From an uncultured Bradyrhizobium sp. (GTDB lineage: Bacteria; Pseudomonadota; Alphaproteobacteria; Rhizobiales; Xanthobacteraceae), in the NCBI GenBank assembly GCA_964454955.1, contig CAYVVB010000490.1, forward strand, positions 1 through 61,342: 61,342 bases of DNA, written 5' to 3'. The translations under genes were made by a program, and so were the position numbers. Positions 59,758-61,342 of the stretch are shown here, piece after piece (the stretch's first letter is position 1; each line of letters opens with the position of its first letter). Below the pieces are notes generated by a model. It did not search any database. It had not been told where the DNA came from and saw only the letters and a program-made list of their open reading frames with translations.

Positions 59758-60456
59758 CTATTTTTTCGAAGCCGCGTAGCGCGCCTTGGTCTCGGCGTTC
59801 ATGGGATAAAGGCCGGGCAGCGAGGCGCCGTTGTTCACCTCGTCCACGATCCAGGCCTCCATGCGTTCCTGTTCGGGTCCCTCGGTCAGCACGTGATCGA
59901 GGAAGGCTTGCGGAATCAGCACCGCGCCGTCTTGGTCGGCAACCACAATGTCATTCGGGAACACGGCTACGCCGCCGCAGCCGATCGGCTCGCCCCAACC
60001 GACAAAGGTCAGCCCGGCCACCGAAGGCGGCGCCGCATAGCCGTCGCACCAGACCGGGAGATGCGTGCCCATGACACCTTCGAGGTCGCGCACCACGCCG
60101 TCGGTAATCAGGGCGGTGACGCCGCGTTTGACCATGCGTGCGCACAGGATGTCGCCGAAAATTCCGGCGTCGGTAATGCCCATCGCATCGACCACCGCGA
60201 TGCAGCCGGCAGGCATCGCCTCGATCGCGGTGCGGGTGGAAATCGGCGATGACCAGGATTCCGGCGTCGCCAGATCCTCGCGCGCCGGCACGAAACGCAG
60301 TGTGAAAGCCGGACCGACCAGCCGCGTCTGCCCCGGATGCAGCGGGCGCGCGCCCCGCATCCAGACGTTTCGCAACCCCTTCTTCAGGAGAACCGTCGTG
60401 ATGGTCGCTGTGGATACCTTCGAGAGGGTCGCGATGGCGTCGGGGGTCAGGGACAA
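59758..60456 (-). CDS. RraA/HMG-aldolase-family protein
   Basis: GPAFTLRF, GIFGD, DGVVRD, DIVVADQDG. Confidence 0.9.
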   Translation of the reverse strand: MSLTPDAIATLSKVSTATITTVLLKKGLRNVWMRGARPLHPGQTRLVGPAFTLRFVPAREDLATPESWSSPISTRTAIEAMPAGCIAVVDAMGITDAGIFGDILCARMVKRGVTALITDGVVRDLEGVMGTHLPVWCDGYAAPPSVAGLTFVGWGEPIGCGGVAVFPNDIVVADQDGAVLIPQAFLDHVLTEGPEQERMEAWIVDEVNNGASLPGLYPMNAETKARYAASKK

Positions 60457-60678
60457 GTTTGGGCTCCGCAGTTAGAGATAGCGGACGCATCTTGCGGGGT
60501 GCGCGGTTTGCGTCAAGGGCTCATGGGCGTTGGCTGGATTGCGCAAGACGATAAAGCAGGTTTATCGCGCGGTATCGCATTAATTTATTGAGCTTGCGGG
60601 ATTTTTTCGGAAAGCGGATTCCACTGGAACGCAAAACGAGCTACAGCTTGCAGGCACCGATTGCGACTTTGTGAGGTC

Positions 60679-61342
60679 ATGGACGCGACGCTCTCCCCGC
60701 CCCGCCTTTTGCCGAGTGGCGATAGCGCCATCACGGTCGAGTTTTCCCGCAACATCGATGATGCAGCCAACCAACGCGTGCTGGCGCTCGACCGGGCGCT
60801 CGGCGGGGCTCCGATCCAAGGCGTAACCGAGACGGTGCCGACCTATCGGTCGCTGCTCGTGCACTATGACCCGTGCCTGATTGATTTCGACACGCTCGGC
60901 GAAGAGCTGCTTGCACTCGCGAAGAAGCCCGCACCAACAACCGTGAAAACTCGGCACTGGCGCATTCCGGTCGCCTACGGCGGAGAGAACGGTATTGACC
61001 TCGAAGAGGTCGCCAAGACTCTGGGCACGACGCCCGATGAGATCGTGGCGCGGCATGTTGAGGGCGACTACCGCGTCGCCATGATCGGCTTCACGCCTGG
61101 GTGGTCCTATCTCAGCGGCCTGGAGAAAATCCTCCACATGCCGCGGCGGCAAAATCCGCGCTTGCTTACTCCGGCCGGCACCATTTCCATCGGCGGCGTG
61201 CAGACGGGCATCCAGTGCCTGGCAGGGCCGAGCGGCTGGCACCTGTTGGGACGTACGCCGGTGCGGACCTATCAGTTGCACCGCGAGCCGATCTTCTTGC
61301 TGGAGCCCGGCGACCGCGTGACCTTCTTTCCGATCGATGCGA
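60679..61342 (+). CDS. pxpB: 5-oxoprolinase subunit B / allophanate hydrolase subunit 1 (3' end runs off the window)
   Basis: Manual translation MDATLSPPRLLPSGDSAITVEF...VPTYRSLLVHYDP...IPVAYGG...MIGFTPG...PSGWHLLGRTP. Confidence 0.92.
   Translation, partial: MDATLSPPRLLPSGDSAITVEFSRNIDDAANQRVLALDRALGGAPIQGVTETVPTYRSLLVHYDPCLIDFDTLGEELLALAKKPAPTTVKTRHWRIPVAYGGENGIDLEEVAKTLGTTPDEIVARHVEGDYRVAMIGFTPGWSYLSGLEKILHMPRRQNPRLLTPAGTISIGGVQTGIQCLAGPSGWHLLGRTPVRTYQLHREPIFLLEPGDRVTFFPIDA

Noticed and set aside
60580-61281. Minus-strand 233-aa ORF
   Set aside because: Antisense to pxpB.
1-61342. CRISPR array, prophage, IS, integrase or defence system
   Set aside because: No spaced repeat array or relevant protein motifs seen by eye; the NAD genes look like salvage enzymes, not NADase effectors.

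Overview
GC-rich alphaproteobacterial chromosomal window; gene content and order fit Bradyrhizobium/Nitrobacteraceae (inference). All family and gene assignments are from recalled motifs, not database searches. From left to right: (1) an amiC-like gene with an ANTAR-type attenuator leader; (2) an apparent indole-3-acetate (auxin) catabolic locus (iacR divergent from iacA-C-D-E-F-G-I-B), with an aromatic-acid ABC importer whose two permeases and one ATPase are fused into one 954-aa chain; (3) a TRAP transporter and an acyl-CoA ligase; (4) the core block rlpA-dac-tmk-holB-metG-tatD-MBL hydrolase, with a Lys/Ala-rich N-terminal extension on MetG and an internally deleted epoxide hydrolase; (5) five small co-oriented ORFs, a sulfotransferase and tRNA-Ser(TGA); (6) a cluster with three FNR/FixK-type boxes (nadE, usp, metallophosphoesterase, CarS-like gene, PHA-related hydrolase, pncA, pncB remnant, DUF3775, chaB, HPF); (7) a catalytically altered HtrA-like protein coupled to a LuxR HTH; (8) an NdvC-like GH17 with a probable ATC start, divergent from a Tat-exported GH1; (9) ordinary transport and metabolic genes ending in a partial pxpB. 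No CRISPR array, rRNA, integrase or transposase was seen.
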